Assembly (NCBI GenBank): GCA_964016885.1
Contig: OZ024740.1
Span: 341,310,001 to 341,374,000 of the forward strand
DNA: 64,000 bases
Source of the DNA: Eledone cirrhosa
Lineage: Eukaryota
Direction: 5' to 3'
In this document: piece after piece, positions 11,653 through 23,673 of the stretch
Layout of the letters: each line of letters starts with the position of its first letter
How positions within the stretch are numbered: position 1 is the first letter of the stretch
Program-made: the position numbers and the translations under genes
The notes under the pieces: generated by a model
The model's database searches: none
Seen by the model: the letters and a program-made list of their open reading frames with translations, nothing else
What the model was told of the DNA's origin: nothing

Positions 11653-12793
11653 AATTCCATATATGGTCAAAGTGATTGTCACAAGGATTGGTCACAAGTT
11701 AGTAGTAATTCTGTGATGGCAAATTAGTGGGGTAAGGGGTAGCTAAACCTGCCAGTAGGAGAAAAAGGGGAGGGGTGGAGTAGACCCATTCATGCGTTGG
11801 TGGTGCCGGCTACAGCTGGGCGTGAGGTCAAAGAAGATACTAGGGAGGGGGAGGGGGAGGAAGTCGAAACGGTAAGTAGAACAATGAAGGGTAAAAATAT
11901 ACTGAGAGTGAAGCGAATAAATGTAAAGAAAAGAAAAAAATAAGCAATTTCTACGACCTAAGTCTCTCGCTATTGCTAGGCTAAATAAATAAATAAATAA
12001 ATAAATAAATGAATAAATAGATAAAGAAATAAAAAAATAATAAATAAATAAACTAGGTGGGACGGAATAGGAAAGGACCCTTTTAAGAGGTATAAGTACG
12101 TATATCATACAGTGACGGGTCAACAAAGGGGGAGGGGGGGGGCAAAATACTAAAGAAACTACCACGAAATAATTAATAAAGGTTTCTATCCCGGGCACAA
12201 GGCCAGCAACCACCCAGTGCAGAAAAGTAAACTAGTACGAAATAATAATTCAGAGTCCCGAAAAAAATATACTAATGCTAACTCTAAGGATACCGCCACG
12301 CTACAAAAGTTCTTATACAAGCTACATGAAAGTTTGTACGAAGTAAAAGTAGAATACGGAAAATTAATTCAGAATCCACCCCGCCCAAAAGAAAAGAGAA
12401 GAAAAGAAAGAAAAACTGAATAAACGAGAAACAAAGCAGAGATGCCACTAAGAAATATAGAAGGTACGGAAAAAAGGGGGAGCGGTCGGATAAGGGGGCA
12501 AGTATCCGAGGTCTAACACAACTGCTATAGAAAGCGGAGTCCGCCAAATCTAACATAGACTAGGGGAGGGGGTGGGGGTACTGAGGCTACAAGGGGCCGA
12601 GGGGCTACCTCGGGTGGGCGAGAAAAAGACGCCGACAAAGAAAAAGAACTGGGGTAGAAGGACTAGGGAGGGATGGGGGAAGAAGGAAATATAGAGGAAG
12701 CGATAAAAGAATATAAAAGAAGATCTTACGTCTCCCTTGGCAAGCAGGGGTTACCCATTACAAAATTGGCAAGTGGGGTGTTATAGCCCTAGT

Positions 12794-13765
12794 CTACCCC
12801 CGCGGGTCATTATGGGGTTTGAGGGCGAGGTAAGTCCTACGCAATCTGTGTTTACATGCAGTAACCAGTTCATCTTTCTTGTTTAGGAGTTGGTCCGTCG
12901 AAAACAGCATTTGTAAAGTTTCCTCCGAGCATAAATTGCACGGACGGCGTCCTCCCGTGTAAGAGTTGGCTCTGGACAGTAATCTCCAAGTGAGATCATA
13001 GGTGATGTTGTTGTCCTTGAGGTGCCATATGTGGCCCGAAAGTGTAGTGGCGTGACGCCGGGCCGGGTTTTGGAAGGTATGTCTGTGTTGGTATAGCCGG
13101 GTCTTGAAGTCACATGCGGTTAATCCTATATAAGTTTTGTTGGAGGTGTCCGTCCACACGTTGCACTGGTAGATCACATTACGGTCTCTGCATCTGTTGT
13201 CGAGGAGGCAAATGGATCTATCAGGACAGTTGCACCTCCTGGTCGGCTCTCCACTGCTATTTAGGTTATTTCTTCCATCGGGGTTGAGTTTTTTGTTGTT
13301 GGAGGAGGCGATGTTTTGTGCGAAGTTTGGTGTAGTGCTGTAAGAGAGTTTGATGGTATTTTTGTTAATTATGTTGTGGTAGCGGTGTTGTAGTGGGAGG
13401 TGTTTTTCAATGAGCCTAAAGAATATTTTCCCGATGGGAGTTGTCACCTCTGCGTTGTGGGGAGGATTGAACCATGTTACATTGCGTGAGCGGCGATGTC
13501 ACCTGCTGGTTCCGCTAATGGGAGCTGGACAGTAGGATATTTCCTCCCGGAAACCACTCCGCTTGCGGGCCTGATTGTAATAAGGCGCATATTCATCGAA
13601 TATCTGCTCATTAGCTGACAAACGGGATATGCGGAGGGAGATGTTTTTGACCAGGTTGTTGGTGATGTTCCTAGGATGGTTTGAATGGCGGTGGATGTAG
13701 TGCAGGTTGTCATTAGGTTTCCTGTATGGGTAGTACAGGTCGTTTTCGAGGTCGAGGGTAACGTC
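12794..13765 (-). pseudogene. Penelope RT C-terminus + Cys-rich linker + GIY-YIG endonuclease (one in-frame TGA at 13501-13499)
   Basis: DVTLDL..YYPYRKPN..YIH..SNHP; TWFNPP; CNCPDRSICLLDNRC; VIY...YIG...R..QH; CNLCSEE. Confidence 0.9.
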
Positions 13766-14485
13766 TGAATTAATTTTCCGTATTCTACTTTTACTTCGTA
13801 CGAACTTTCATGTAGCTTGTATAAGAACTTTTGTAGCGTGGCGGTATCCTTAGAGTTAGCATTAGTATATTTTTTTCGGGACTCTGAATTATTATTTCGT
13901 ACGAGTTTACTTTTCTGCACTGGGTGGTTGCTGGCCTTGTGCCCGGGGTAAAAACCTTTATTAATTATTTCGTGGTAGTTTCTTTAGTATTTTGCCCCCC
14001 CCCCCCCCCTTTGTTGACCCGTCACTGTATGATATACGTACTTATACCTCTTAAAAGGGTCCTTTCCTATTCCGTCCCACCTAGTTTATTTATTTATTAT
14101 TTTTTTTATTTCTTTATCTATTTATTCATTTATTTATTTATTTATTTATTTATTTAGCCTAGCAATAGCGAGAGACTTAGGTCGTAGAAATTGCTTATTT
14201 TTTTCTTTTCTTTACATTTATTCGCTTCACTCTCAGTATATTTTTACCCTTCATTGTTCTACTTACCGTTTCGACTTCCTCCCCCTCCCCCTCCCTAGTA
14301 TCTTCTTTGACCTCACGCCCAGCTGTAGCCGGCACCACCAACGCATGAATGGGTCTACTCCACCCCTCCCCATTTTCTCCTACTGGCAGGTTTAGCTACC
14401 CCTTACCCCACTAATTTGCCATCACAGAATTACTACTAACTTGTGACCAATCCTTGTGACAATCACTTTGACCATATATGGAATT

Positions 14486-14579
14486 ACCCCTTGAGAAGCT
14501 CGGCTATTTAATTACCAGGATAAATTTTCATTTAGTCCAGAATTAGCCGTCGAATCGGCTTGAGCTCAGCCGTCGGGGT
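14486..14579 (+). ncRNA. Hammerhead copy in the inverted arm, core mutated (GAAA>GAAU)
   Basis: Same fold as 11559-11652 but A15.1 is replaced by U (cgaatcggc). Confidence 0.7.
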
Positions 14580-14670
14580 CTTACTGGTTCCTATTACCCA
14601 CTCTACTACCCTAAGTATTGAGTACTTTGGTGCGTTATGGTCCACCTGGTTCCTTACCACATTTTCTTCG

Positions 14671-14746
<76 letters not shown>

Positions 14747-15213
14747 AGCCAGAATCAGTAAGTGGTTATTATTTACATTTAAATAGCTTTAGAGGGTGTC
14801 ATTGTACTTAATAAAGACTTAAGAATTAAGAAAATTAAAAAATTTAGAAAAAATGTAAAAAAAGAATTTTTTTTTAAATTTAAAAATAAAAATTTTTTTT
14901 TTATTTTTTAAAAATTAAAAATTAACATAGAAAAAAAAATAATTTAAAAAATTTAAAAATTAGAATTATATACGTACATATAAGAAAGAAATTTTTTTAA
15001 AAAGTGGAAGTACAGCAAATGTTAGAGATATCAATATATTAAAAATAAAGTAGATGAGATTGTTATATCTGTTAGACACGAAGTGACTAACAACAGAATG
15101 TTTAGTCACTTTAGTGTTCTAACATTTTTGGGTGTTTACATACAATTGAATTTTTTTTTTTGAACCTCAAACATGTTTATTTAACTCTACTGGGATGAAA
15201 GAATGGTATTTAA

Positions 15214-15655
15214 CTAATGTAATGGTACGCGATGGGGCCCATCCACAGGCCCGGCGGACAGAATGGAGAAGGCGTTTCCCCGGAGGACGGCAAGGGAGAC
15301 GCGCTGGAAAAGCCACTCCAACTCGGGGGGCTCACACCTACGGCTGGCCAGCTCAGCGCCTATGGTGGTGAGTAAGGAGGTAGTCCAGGGGCCGAGGACA
15401 CCAGAAGTTTCCACTGCCAGGGGAACGACCGCAAACCTGTCAGAGAGCGACCGGTATTTGAGGAGTTTGGCCCCCTCAGCCCGACGTACAGCAGAACCTG
15501 GGTCAGTCGCAGACTGCACCAGGTTGCGGCTGCAGAAAGTGTCGGTGCAAGTGGCATCCCAGACGAGGGGTTTGCCACCGCGGAACGGGAAGATGGTCAT
15601 GCCATCTGGCCTTTTGCCGTCCCTTCGATCCAGCCCCACCGGCTCGAATGTGTAG
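15214..15655 (-). pseudogene. Restriction-like endonuclease (RLE) C-terminus of a CRE-type non-LTR retrotransposon, 5'-truncated
   Basis: DGKRPDG...GKPLVWDAT..DT...AE..K..KY..L..VPLAVETSG..G...LFQRVSLAVLRGNA. Confidence 0.8.
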
Positions 15656-16650
15656 ATCGTCAATTTTTTTTTCGAGGTCTGACCGTGGCCATGGTGATTA
15701 CATGCCATTGACTAATTTTCAACCAATCAGAGTAAGTGTTGCTCAAAAGCATCCGCCATGTTTTTTTGTTTGTAATCCTAGTTAATTTATTTTTGTTATT
15801 TCGTCGTTCTATTTTTAAAACAAATATATATTGACGTTAGGGTTAGGGTTATGCGGTCAATAGATAAGATGAAAGTCTATAGTAAAAGTTTGTACAAATA
15901 TTTTTTAATTTATCGTTTGTACAAAACGATTCTAAATTTTTGTTTGTAAAAAATGTTTAAACACTTCAAAATAGCGTATATTCATGTTCTGTAATGTCCC
16001 ATTTTTGTGCGCCCTTGTGCCAAATAAAGAAATATATCTTTGTATTTTGTTCCTCTTTATATATTACAATCGAGTATAGGCAGAGTTCCGATTGTAATAC
16101 AAACGGCACTTTGTTTGTAAATATTTGTAAAAATAATTTTTCTAAAAACATTGTAAAAATTTGTGTCACACGCGTTTAAAAATCTTTGATATGTATTATT
16201 ATATATATATAAAACTGAGGTTGTCTGCCTCTCTACTAAAACAGTCGCCACACATCTAAACTTATAGATTAAGCTCCAGCGGAGAGATCGGTCAAAAAGA
16301 ATTTCAAATCGAATGTGTAATATTGATGTTTCAGTTAAAATGTATAAATACAGTTGAGAGACGAGTTATTTCCCTTTAATGAAACGTGAGCAGACGATAA
16401 ATTATTGAAAAGGCGCAAATTTTTACTATTACACATTTGCATTATTGTCAGTATTAACTTTGCCTTTCATCCTTACGGGGTCGATAAAATAAAGTACCAG
16501 TAATACACTGTCACTATAAGTAGATGCCCATTCACAAACAGTATTGAAAATATGTTCTTTGACAAATAAAAATGTTTTGTTCATACTATTTCGACTAGCG
16601 CTTGTTGTTCTACTCCACGCACGACCACCACAAATTGGTGACCAGCTCAA

Positions 16651-16820
16651 CAAGTATTGGTAGAGCGTCAGACACCATGCTTTGCAGCATTGTTATGGCC
16701 CTTCGCGTTCTAAGTTCAAATCCCGCCTAGGTTAACTTTGCCTTTCATCCTTACCAGTTCGATAAAATAAAGTACCAGTAATGGACTGCGGTAATGGCTT
16801 GGTGCCGAAAAATAGAAACA
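16651..16820 (+). mobile_element. tRNA-derived SINE (same family as 60367-60548); core fragment also at ~16453-16510
   Basis: B box GTTCAAATCC, core TTTGCCTTTCATCC..CGATAAAATAAAGTACCAG, tail GTGCCGAAAAATAGAAAC. Confidence 0.75.
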
Positions 16821-17362
16821 CTATTAATGTGCAATAAGAGGAAAATCTCACGACATTGCTCAATTATTTTATCTAATGTTGCAACAATACAGGGAAATGT
16901 AATTTGTGTATTTTTTTAATATTTGCTCATAGGCTTTTCCAATTTCGCTCAGCCAAAAAGAGAGTTGCTTAAGATAACAATTTAATCATAAATTGTTATC
17001 TTTTAATACACTCCAAAAAGTCATCAAATTATGTGCAATAAGAACAAATCTCATTAATTTGCTCAGGGAATAAAAAAAAAATGTATATAGACTGATAATT
17101 GCAATTGTATGTAAATATTTTAGTTTTATATTGTTTATTTATTTTATGTTTTCTATTATGTATAATATATTGATTTAATATTGATTGTTTTTTGTTGTTT
17201 ATATTAAAAGTCTGAAAAAATTTGTATACATCTTACACTAATATTTATAAGATCATTTATAATAACAATTATATAATCTAATTACATTACAACGATAATT
17301 TATTATTAATATATATCATGTTTAACTAGAGTTATTACAAGCGTTGCCTTAAAAAATATTAA

Positions 17363-17742
17363 ACTAGACATGAAAAATGCGCAAGCTCAAAAGAGCCACA
17401 GAATGTTATAATAAACCTTCAAAAGTGTGGGACTAGAGTTGTTACTCAAAAATATTGTAATCATTATCTATCGTACATTCTGTGGCATCCTTTATAAAAA
17501 TATCACAATAAATACATCTAATAAATACATAAATACATTTAATGTAATAACAGCTATAAATAATTACGTAATATTATTAAAGATAGGTGTATTTATTGTG
17601 ATATTTTTTATAAAGGATGCCACAGAGTGTACGATAGATAATGATTACAATATTTTTGAGTAACAACTCTCGTCCCACACTTCTGAAGGTTTATTATAAC
17701 ATTCTGTGGCTCTTTTGAACTTGCGCATTTTTCATGTCTAGT
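17363..17742. repeat. Long inverted repeat (~158-bp arms, ~63-bp AT-rich spacer)
   Basis: 17363-17520 is the reverse complement of 17584-17742 with a few mismatches. Confidence 0.9.
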
Positions 17743-17899
17743 ATATATATATATAATCAAAGATTAGTATGGTTCGTTGATTACTCAACGAATACAATAT
17801 TACAATAGATTAGAAGCACTCAACAAAGATTTTCCTTGAGTTTTTAATATTATTCAAAATGTTAATAAATGAAAAATATTCTCATAATCAAAATATATA

Positions 17900-17958
17900 T
17901 TTTATTATACATATTTCAGAGGTACTATGGTGTTTAAGTACGTTTTCATCAGACAAAA
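17900..17958 (-). ncRNA. Minimal hammerhead, diverged copy of the 29.2-29.4 kb family
   Basis: UUUUGU CUGAUGA ..GUACU..AGUAC.. GAAA UAUGUAUA^ AUAAAA; flanks 17880-18020 resemble 29175-29320. Confidence 0.65.
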
Positions 17959-18830
17959 TATATGATTTGATATGTGACATACCGCTACGGTTTTGATTAT
18001 TCAATTCCAGTATTGGCAGTGATTTATTTCATCAAATCTCAACGTTTTTATAAAATAATATGATAAACTTAAAGAAGAAAAGGACGTAGAGCAAGTTAGA
18101 AATATAAGAGAGGGGTGCAAAGAAGAGGAAAAGGCAATAAATAAATAAATAAATGGATGAATAAATAAAAGAAGAAAAGAAATATATAAAAGAAAAGAGG
18201 AATAAAGACAAAGGAGAGGGAATATGTGGGGAGAGTAAAGAGGAAACGAAGGGGAATAAAGAACAACGAAGAAAAAGAAGAAAATATGAAATAGAGGGGA
18301 ATAAAAAAACCGTTGTATTCAAATGCTAGATAAAATGAGAAATCAAAAATCTATTCACATATATCAATGAATATCGATTATGTTTTAGCTAATTATACTT
18401 TTATATTATATCTAGATTATTAGGTATAGATTACTTTCTATAGCAATCACATATTTAAGTTAATTACAAATTTATATAATTTAATTTAGCTCATAGATTA
18501 TAATTTTTAATTTTAAGGTAAGATATTCTATTAATATTTTACTACAACTTTAAAAGAATTAATCTTTAAAGCGTATTTAAATAATTATTAAATATGTATT
18601 AAAATATAATACCATGCATATATCCCCATCAATACATATAATATATTTTGTTCATTTATTACCCGAATTAATTTATTTTAATTTAGAAATTCGCTTTACT
18701 ATTCTTTAATTTTCATTTATTTCTTAGAATCGAACTGTGGTTATATTTACTCTCTATAATTTTATTTCATTTATTTAATTAACCCTAACCCCTCAAATGT
18801 CAGGAAAGTGAACACTGTATGAGTCATGGT

Positions 18831-19100
18831 CAAGGGCTTTGTTTCAGGGGGGTACCAGGGGACAAGTCCCCCCACCACCTTTTCAAATGTCTATATTTCA
18901 TTTTTTGTTTATTTGATATAAATTCTTTTTAAGCTTATTTCTTTATATCTGAACTTCATTTGAATATATAAAATTTAATTAGGGTAACATTTTACTTATG
19001 TGATAGGTCTGGGAAAGGCACCATAAGCAATTTATGCTCCTTTAAGAATCAACAAATGTTGGTTTGTCCCCTCACATTTTTAAGGCAAACGAGGCCTCTG
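18831..19100. mobile_element. hAT-type MITE (270 bp)
   Basis: Imperfect TIRs CAAGGGCTTTGTT / AACGAGGCCTCTG; 8-bp TSD GTCATGGT / GTCATGAT. Confidence 0.65.
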
Positions 19101-19147
19101 GTCATGATATACACTCAGACACATGGAGGGGAATATCAGGTGTAGTG

Positions 19148-19270
19148 TTATCGAATTTCGGGAAGCATGGACATTTTGAAGGATGCAGCGTCCCGATAGC
19201 TAACAACTGATGTAGGTAGTTTGTTCCATGCTGAGTATGAAAAATGTTTCCGAAAGTCGATGCGGGACAA
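19148..19270 (-). mobile_element. CR1/L2-type LINE 3' end remnant
   Basis: FRKHFS..AWNKLPTSVV..AASFK matches the WN.LP..VV...FK C-terminal signature. Confidence 0.55.
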
Positions 19271-19585
19271 AAAAAGAAAAACATCAAAGATATAGTTAAA
19301 TTTTAAATTCCTTAATCGTTTAAAAATTATATTTCTTACAAAATACATTGTCCATCTGTTCAAGTTAATTGTTTTAAATAATGAATTAAGGATTTGGAGA
19401 GATTTAATAAAACAACTGCTATATATACTTGTGTATAAATAGAGAAATATGACAAAAGAAAATCAATGAGAAAATGGAGAATATTCGAGGGTTAATATTT
19501 TGCAGATTTTCATCATCTTCAACAATGATGTAAAAAGGCACAGAAATATCTAGTGATTGCTTTACTCTCTTTACACCTACTAATT

Positions 19586-19800
19586 TGTACTTTCAGGTCC
19601 CAAATAATAGGGTGGGGTGGAAAATCGGTAATTTTTCTAGGTTGTCTCGATTGATTTTTTTAAAAACCAGCATTAGTCGTTTAGTTTACATATTGAGACC
19701 CCCAACCCATCTTATTTATTTATAACATGGAATTTTTAGTAATGTAGTTTTTTTTTCATGTATGATGTTTTTTAATGTATAAAGAAGATATATTATGTAC
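19586..19800 (+). repeat. Dispersed unclassified repeat (second diverged copy at ~24321-24515)
   Basis: Both copies share TGTACTTTC.G.TCCCAAATAATA.GG..GGAAAATCGGTAATT...ATTAGTCGTTTAGTTTACATA. Confidence 0.6.
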
Positions 19801-20259
19801 GCCATCATCATCATCATCATATGTCCACTTTCCCTGCTAGCAAGGGTTGGACGGGTTTTTACAGACTGAGTCAGTACTGAAGCAGGGTTACTGACCTCTC
19901 AGACTGGCCAGGAGTCTGCATCTTGCTTGAGGATGGTCCCACTTTCTACCAATGAAATGGTAATAAATTCATTATGTAATGGTATTGTGAAACAAAAACT
20001 GTATTCTAAATGACACTTTAAAACGTTTTAGGTATCAAAATATAAAACTTCATAAAAATATTTTCCACTCATGGAAATTTACCAAACCACCCCATCTAAA
20101 TATGTGTTGAGTAGCTGCCTCGGCTTACATATGTAATTTAGATTTTTGCCCATTGCTCAGACTAAATTTGGGGAGTTGGCTTATATTCAGATGAACTTAT
20201 ACACGAGTATATATGGTAATTCCTCCATTATAAAGCTGCACTAGGAGAAGGTTCTTGCA

Positions 20260-20463
20260 TTAACCCTTTAGCATTTACAGTACTCTATATATACTATTGT
20301 ATTTTAGCAGTAAATGGTTTATCTCACATAATACCAAATCTATGAGATTTTGATATTATTTATTTTGAGAACAATACCTTAACATCACTATGAGTGACCA
20401 GTTAACAGAAAGAGGTGAGAGAATTCTGGCTGGATACACCCAGTTTAAATGCTAAAGGTTTAA
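20260..20463. mobile_element. piggyBac-type MITE (~200 bp)
   Basis: TTAA-CCCTTTAGCATTTA ... TAAATGCTAAAGG-TTAA. Confidence 0.8.
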
Positions 20464-20982
20464 ACATCTGAGAGTAAGTTTAAATTTGAATAAAATACTT
20501 TAAATTGATGGTTTCAGACAGATTAGCATCAAACCAATGAAAGACAAATAATATTACAATTAAGAAGCATTTTTCACCCTATTATTTAATAATAAAAGTG
20601 AATAAATTAAATCAAGAGACAATTCTATTTTTTACATTTTAGTCATTGTTTAATTGTATTTTGTACTAGTATGATGGACACCAATAGCTACTATAGTAAC
20701 CACCGAGACTAAGATGCCAATGAGGAAGTCTCTATGTGATTGCATGACATGGTAGAAACAGCAGCTAAATATATTTCTCTAAAATCACTCCACTATCATC
20801 TTCTAAGAGGAAGAACACACACAAAAAATGTAGTTCTTGAAATACTGAATAAACGAGTTGTGTTAATTTTGAACACAGTTCTGCTTTATTGACCCCAGAA
20901 GGTTGAAAGGTTTGGACTCAGAAGGTAAATAGCCAGAACAAATACTCCAATAATTCTGCCAATCTCTACATAATATTTCTGT

Positions 20983-20984
<2 letters not shown>

Positions 20985-21013
<29 letters not shown>

Positions 21014-21190
21014 CACTGTTTAGCATCTATTCTTCCATGCTTGCATGGGTTAGACAGGTCATCCATGTTGGGAGACATGTCTGGCCAGAATTGGCCAAAT
21101 AGCACCTTGCTCCGACAAGGACTGTAATTTGACTGGGGATTTTACAGCTGGATGCCCTTCCTAACACCAACCACATTTACAGTGTGGAAC
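20985..21190 (-). mobile_element. Old RTE/SINE 3' tail fragment
   Basis: (CAT)n tail, TTCCATGCTTGCATGGG, GGATGCCCTTCCTAACACCAACC. Confidence 0.7.
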
Positions 21191-21360
21191 TTCATGGCAC
21201 CGTTATGAAGAAGGACAAGCCAGTTGGCCGCGCCAAACACATTTCACAGCAGAACCATAGTTTTGTACTGGATGGCACTGATATGATATATATATGTATG
21301 TGAGTGTATAAGTCTCTCTTTCTATATATGTGTGTGTATATACAGATATTTATGATATAG

Positions 21361-21449
21361 CCGTCCAACCTTCGCACATGCGCAGTACGCTCCAACCTCC
21401 GCGCATGCGCAGTCCGGTCCAACCTTTGGGCATGCGCAGTACGGTCCAA
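21361..21449. repeat. 27-bp minisatellite x3.3 containing (GC)GCATGCGCAGT
   Basis: Units start at 21361, 21388, 21415 and 21442. Confidence 0.8.
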
Positions 21450-21658
21450 TCACCCTCTTGCAAATTTTAGCATTTTCATTCTCAGAAACAAAGACTCCAA
21501 AACCAACAGATAGTAGAGAGGAGAGTGAGGTCATCCCTAATGGACCAAGTGTTTGATAAATGGCTGTTAAGTTTGACCACTAAACAGATGCCTCAGTAGA
21601 ACATGGTGTTCCAGCTTCTAAAATTAGCTGTTTACTGATACTGCTTTAATTTCACTCT

Positions 21659-21851
21659 TTAACCCGTTAGCATTTATATTAATCTATATAAACTGTTGTA
21701 TTTTCACTGTAAAGGCTTTACCTCATATAATTATCTCACATAATGAATCTAGGAGATTTTGATATTATTTATTTTGAGAACAATACCTTAATATCAGTAT
21801 GAGTGGCTGGTTACAGCTGGATTGAACAAAGTTTAAATGCTAATGTGTTAA
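21659..21851. mobile_element. piggyBac-type MITE, copy 2
   Basis: TTAACCCGTTAGCATTTA...TAAATGCTAATGTGTTAA; internal similarity to 20260-20463. Confidence 0.75.
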
Positions 21852-22974
21852 TGAAACCTACCACCTGTTGTTTGATAGCCACCATTTAATGAGTTCATTA
21901 ATCCTTTCTCTGAAATCTTTTTACACAGGGAAGGATGCACTTAGATTCCAGTAACTAGGATCCTGTCTATTAGTTTGTTCTAAGTTGACTGTATAGGTCA
22001 TAAATTGTGGTCTGTATATCCCAAAACCTAAAACTGTGGACAACTAATGCTGATTCTATCTACTACTCTGATGTAAACTGTATCTAAATATAACCTGGAT
22101 GACCCACTGGAATTTGTCCAAGTTGACAGTGGCATATTAAAAAAGGGCCTGTGTAGGGCTTTTACACCCCCTCTCTCCTGTTGGTTACTCCTACATAATT
22201 CTTTCAGACATCCAAAATGCTATTCCCATCTCCCACTAATACTAATGAGTGAGATGTTCTCAGGAAAATATCTAGATGTCTAAAGATGTCTCATCTTCCA
22301 GCTTCTGTTGGCACATAAACTGCTACCAGTCTGAAAGCACTTCATCTCTTTCACTACTGCTCATTCTTACCTCTGGGTTCAGACCCTTCTGAAAGAGTAA
22401 AGAGTAGTCTTACATCACTTGAACCAAGCCGACCCCCCCCCCCCCCCCTCCCCCGATTTTGTAGTCATCCAAGGATGGAGCCAGAGAGTGCATCTTGGAA
22501 ATACTGATCTCATTAATAGCTACCACATCCAGACTAGACTGGTACAGTTGTTGAGTAGGTGTCCCTGTTTCCAATTTCACTCTAGTTCATGTACATTTAT
22601 ACAACTTTTTTTAGTATGGCCATTTGAAGACAATCTTGTCTCCTTCAAAAGAATAACCACTATGTATATCAACAAAATAATCTTGTACTCCACCTCCTCT
22701 AATCTTAGATATTACACAACTAACCCCTTTGGTACCATCCCATCCAAAACCACCTCTGGTTCTATGAAACAACCACTCATTTTAAATTAAACTCTTTCAA
22801 CATCACTGGTAATGGATGGTCCCATAACTCATGAGGGCAATTCTAGGGCATTTTAAAACCTGGCAGAGCCCATTTCCCTCCAGGTTTGAATATAGCAGAT
22901 TTCTTTCAGAGAAGAATAGAGAGTGAGAGAATGGAAGTGAGAAAGAGACACAGAGGAAGAATTGACCCCAGTAG

Positions 22975-23112
22975 TAGACTGGTACATTTTTTAGTAACCT
23001 GGAATGGATGAAAGGCAAAGTTGACCTTGGCAGGAATTGAACTCAGAGAGCAGAGAGCCAAAACGAATACCACAAAGCATTCTATCCGACATTCTAATGA
23101 CTGCCAATTCAC
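22975..23112 (-). mobile_element. tRNA-derived SINE, diverged
   Basis: Reverse strand shows A and B boxes (GAGTTCAATTCC) and the CTTTGCCTTTCATCC core. Confidence 0.7.
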
Positions 23113-23333
23113 TGCTTATAACAAACTTGATATAAGAACCTTTTTATTATGTTACAAATACTATCGAAATAATGAAATATTTGATAATTCTAGTAAATCC
23201 AGGTGAGTGGATAACATCCATGAGCTTGGTTGGTCTTACTTGGGGATCCAGTCAGATTAATTGGAGATGGTTGCTTCCCTCCCAGGAATAAGTGGACAAA
23301 GAAGAAGAAACGAAAAAGAAGTTGTAAATTCAT

Positions 23334-23549
23334 TCAACCCTTTAGCATTTAAACCGGCTGTATCCAGCTAGAATTCTCTCACCTCTTTCTGTTCAAACTG
23401 GTTGTAACCGGCTGCTCATACTTATGTTAAGGTATTGTTCTCAAGATAAATAATATCAAAATCTCGTAGATTCCATATTATATGAGGTAAAGCATTTACT
23501 GTGAAAATATAATAGTATATATAGAGTAATGTAAATGCTAAAGGGTTAA
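23334..23549. mobile_element. piggyBac-type MITE, copy 3 (opposite orientation)
   Basis: CCCTTTAGCATTTA ... TAAATGCTAAAGGG-TTAA. Confidence 0.8.
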
Positions 23550-23673
23550 TTCAAATACAGTGTATTTCATGAGAAATACAGTAATAAAAGGATTATCACC
23601 CTGTAGGTCTCTATAAGTGCTAGACCTCGCAATCTTTAATAGTATCTTCTGCTAATATCATATTCACGGTGGA

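Larger units (their letters stand above)
11546..14672 (-). mobile_element. Penelope-like element (probably Naiad clade), 5'-truncated, with inverted pseudo-LTR arms (~11546-12372 and ~13766-14592)
   Basis: About 827-bp near-identical inverted arms flank an RT-thumb/GIY-YIG region; both outer ends abut (TA)n. Confidence 0.9.

Noticed and set aside
13499-13501. In-frame TGA in the Penelope ORF as possible selenocysteine
   Set aside because: Some Naiad elements recode TGA at Cys positions, but this one lies in an Arg-rich linker, best explained by CGA>TGA decay; no SECIS was identified.
15837-15851. TTAGGG x2 (also 18780-18791) as interstitial telomere
   Set aside because: Only two units; too short to distinguish from chance or TE-internal motifs.
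21494-21556. Plus-strand terminal exon (acceptor then TKTPKPTDSREESEVIPNGPSV*)
   Set aside because: Short, isolated and without partner exons I could support.
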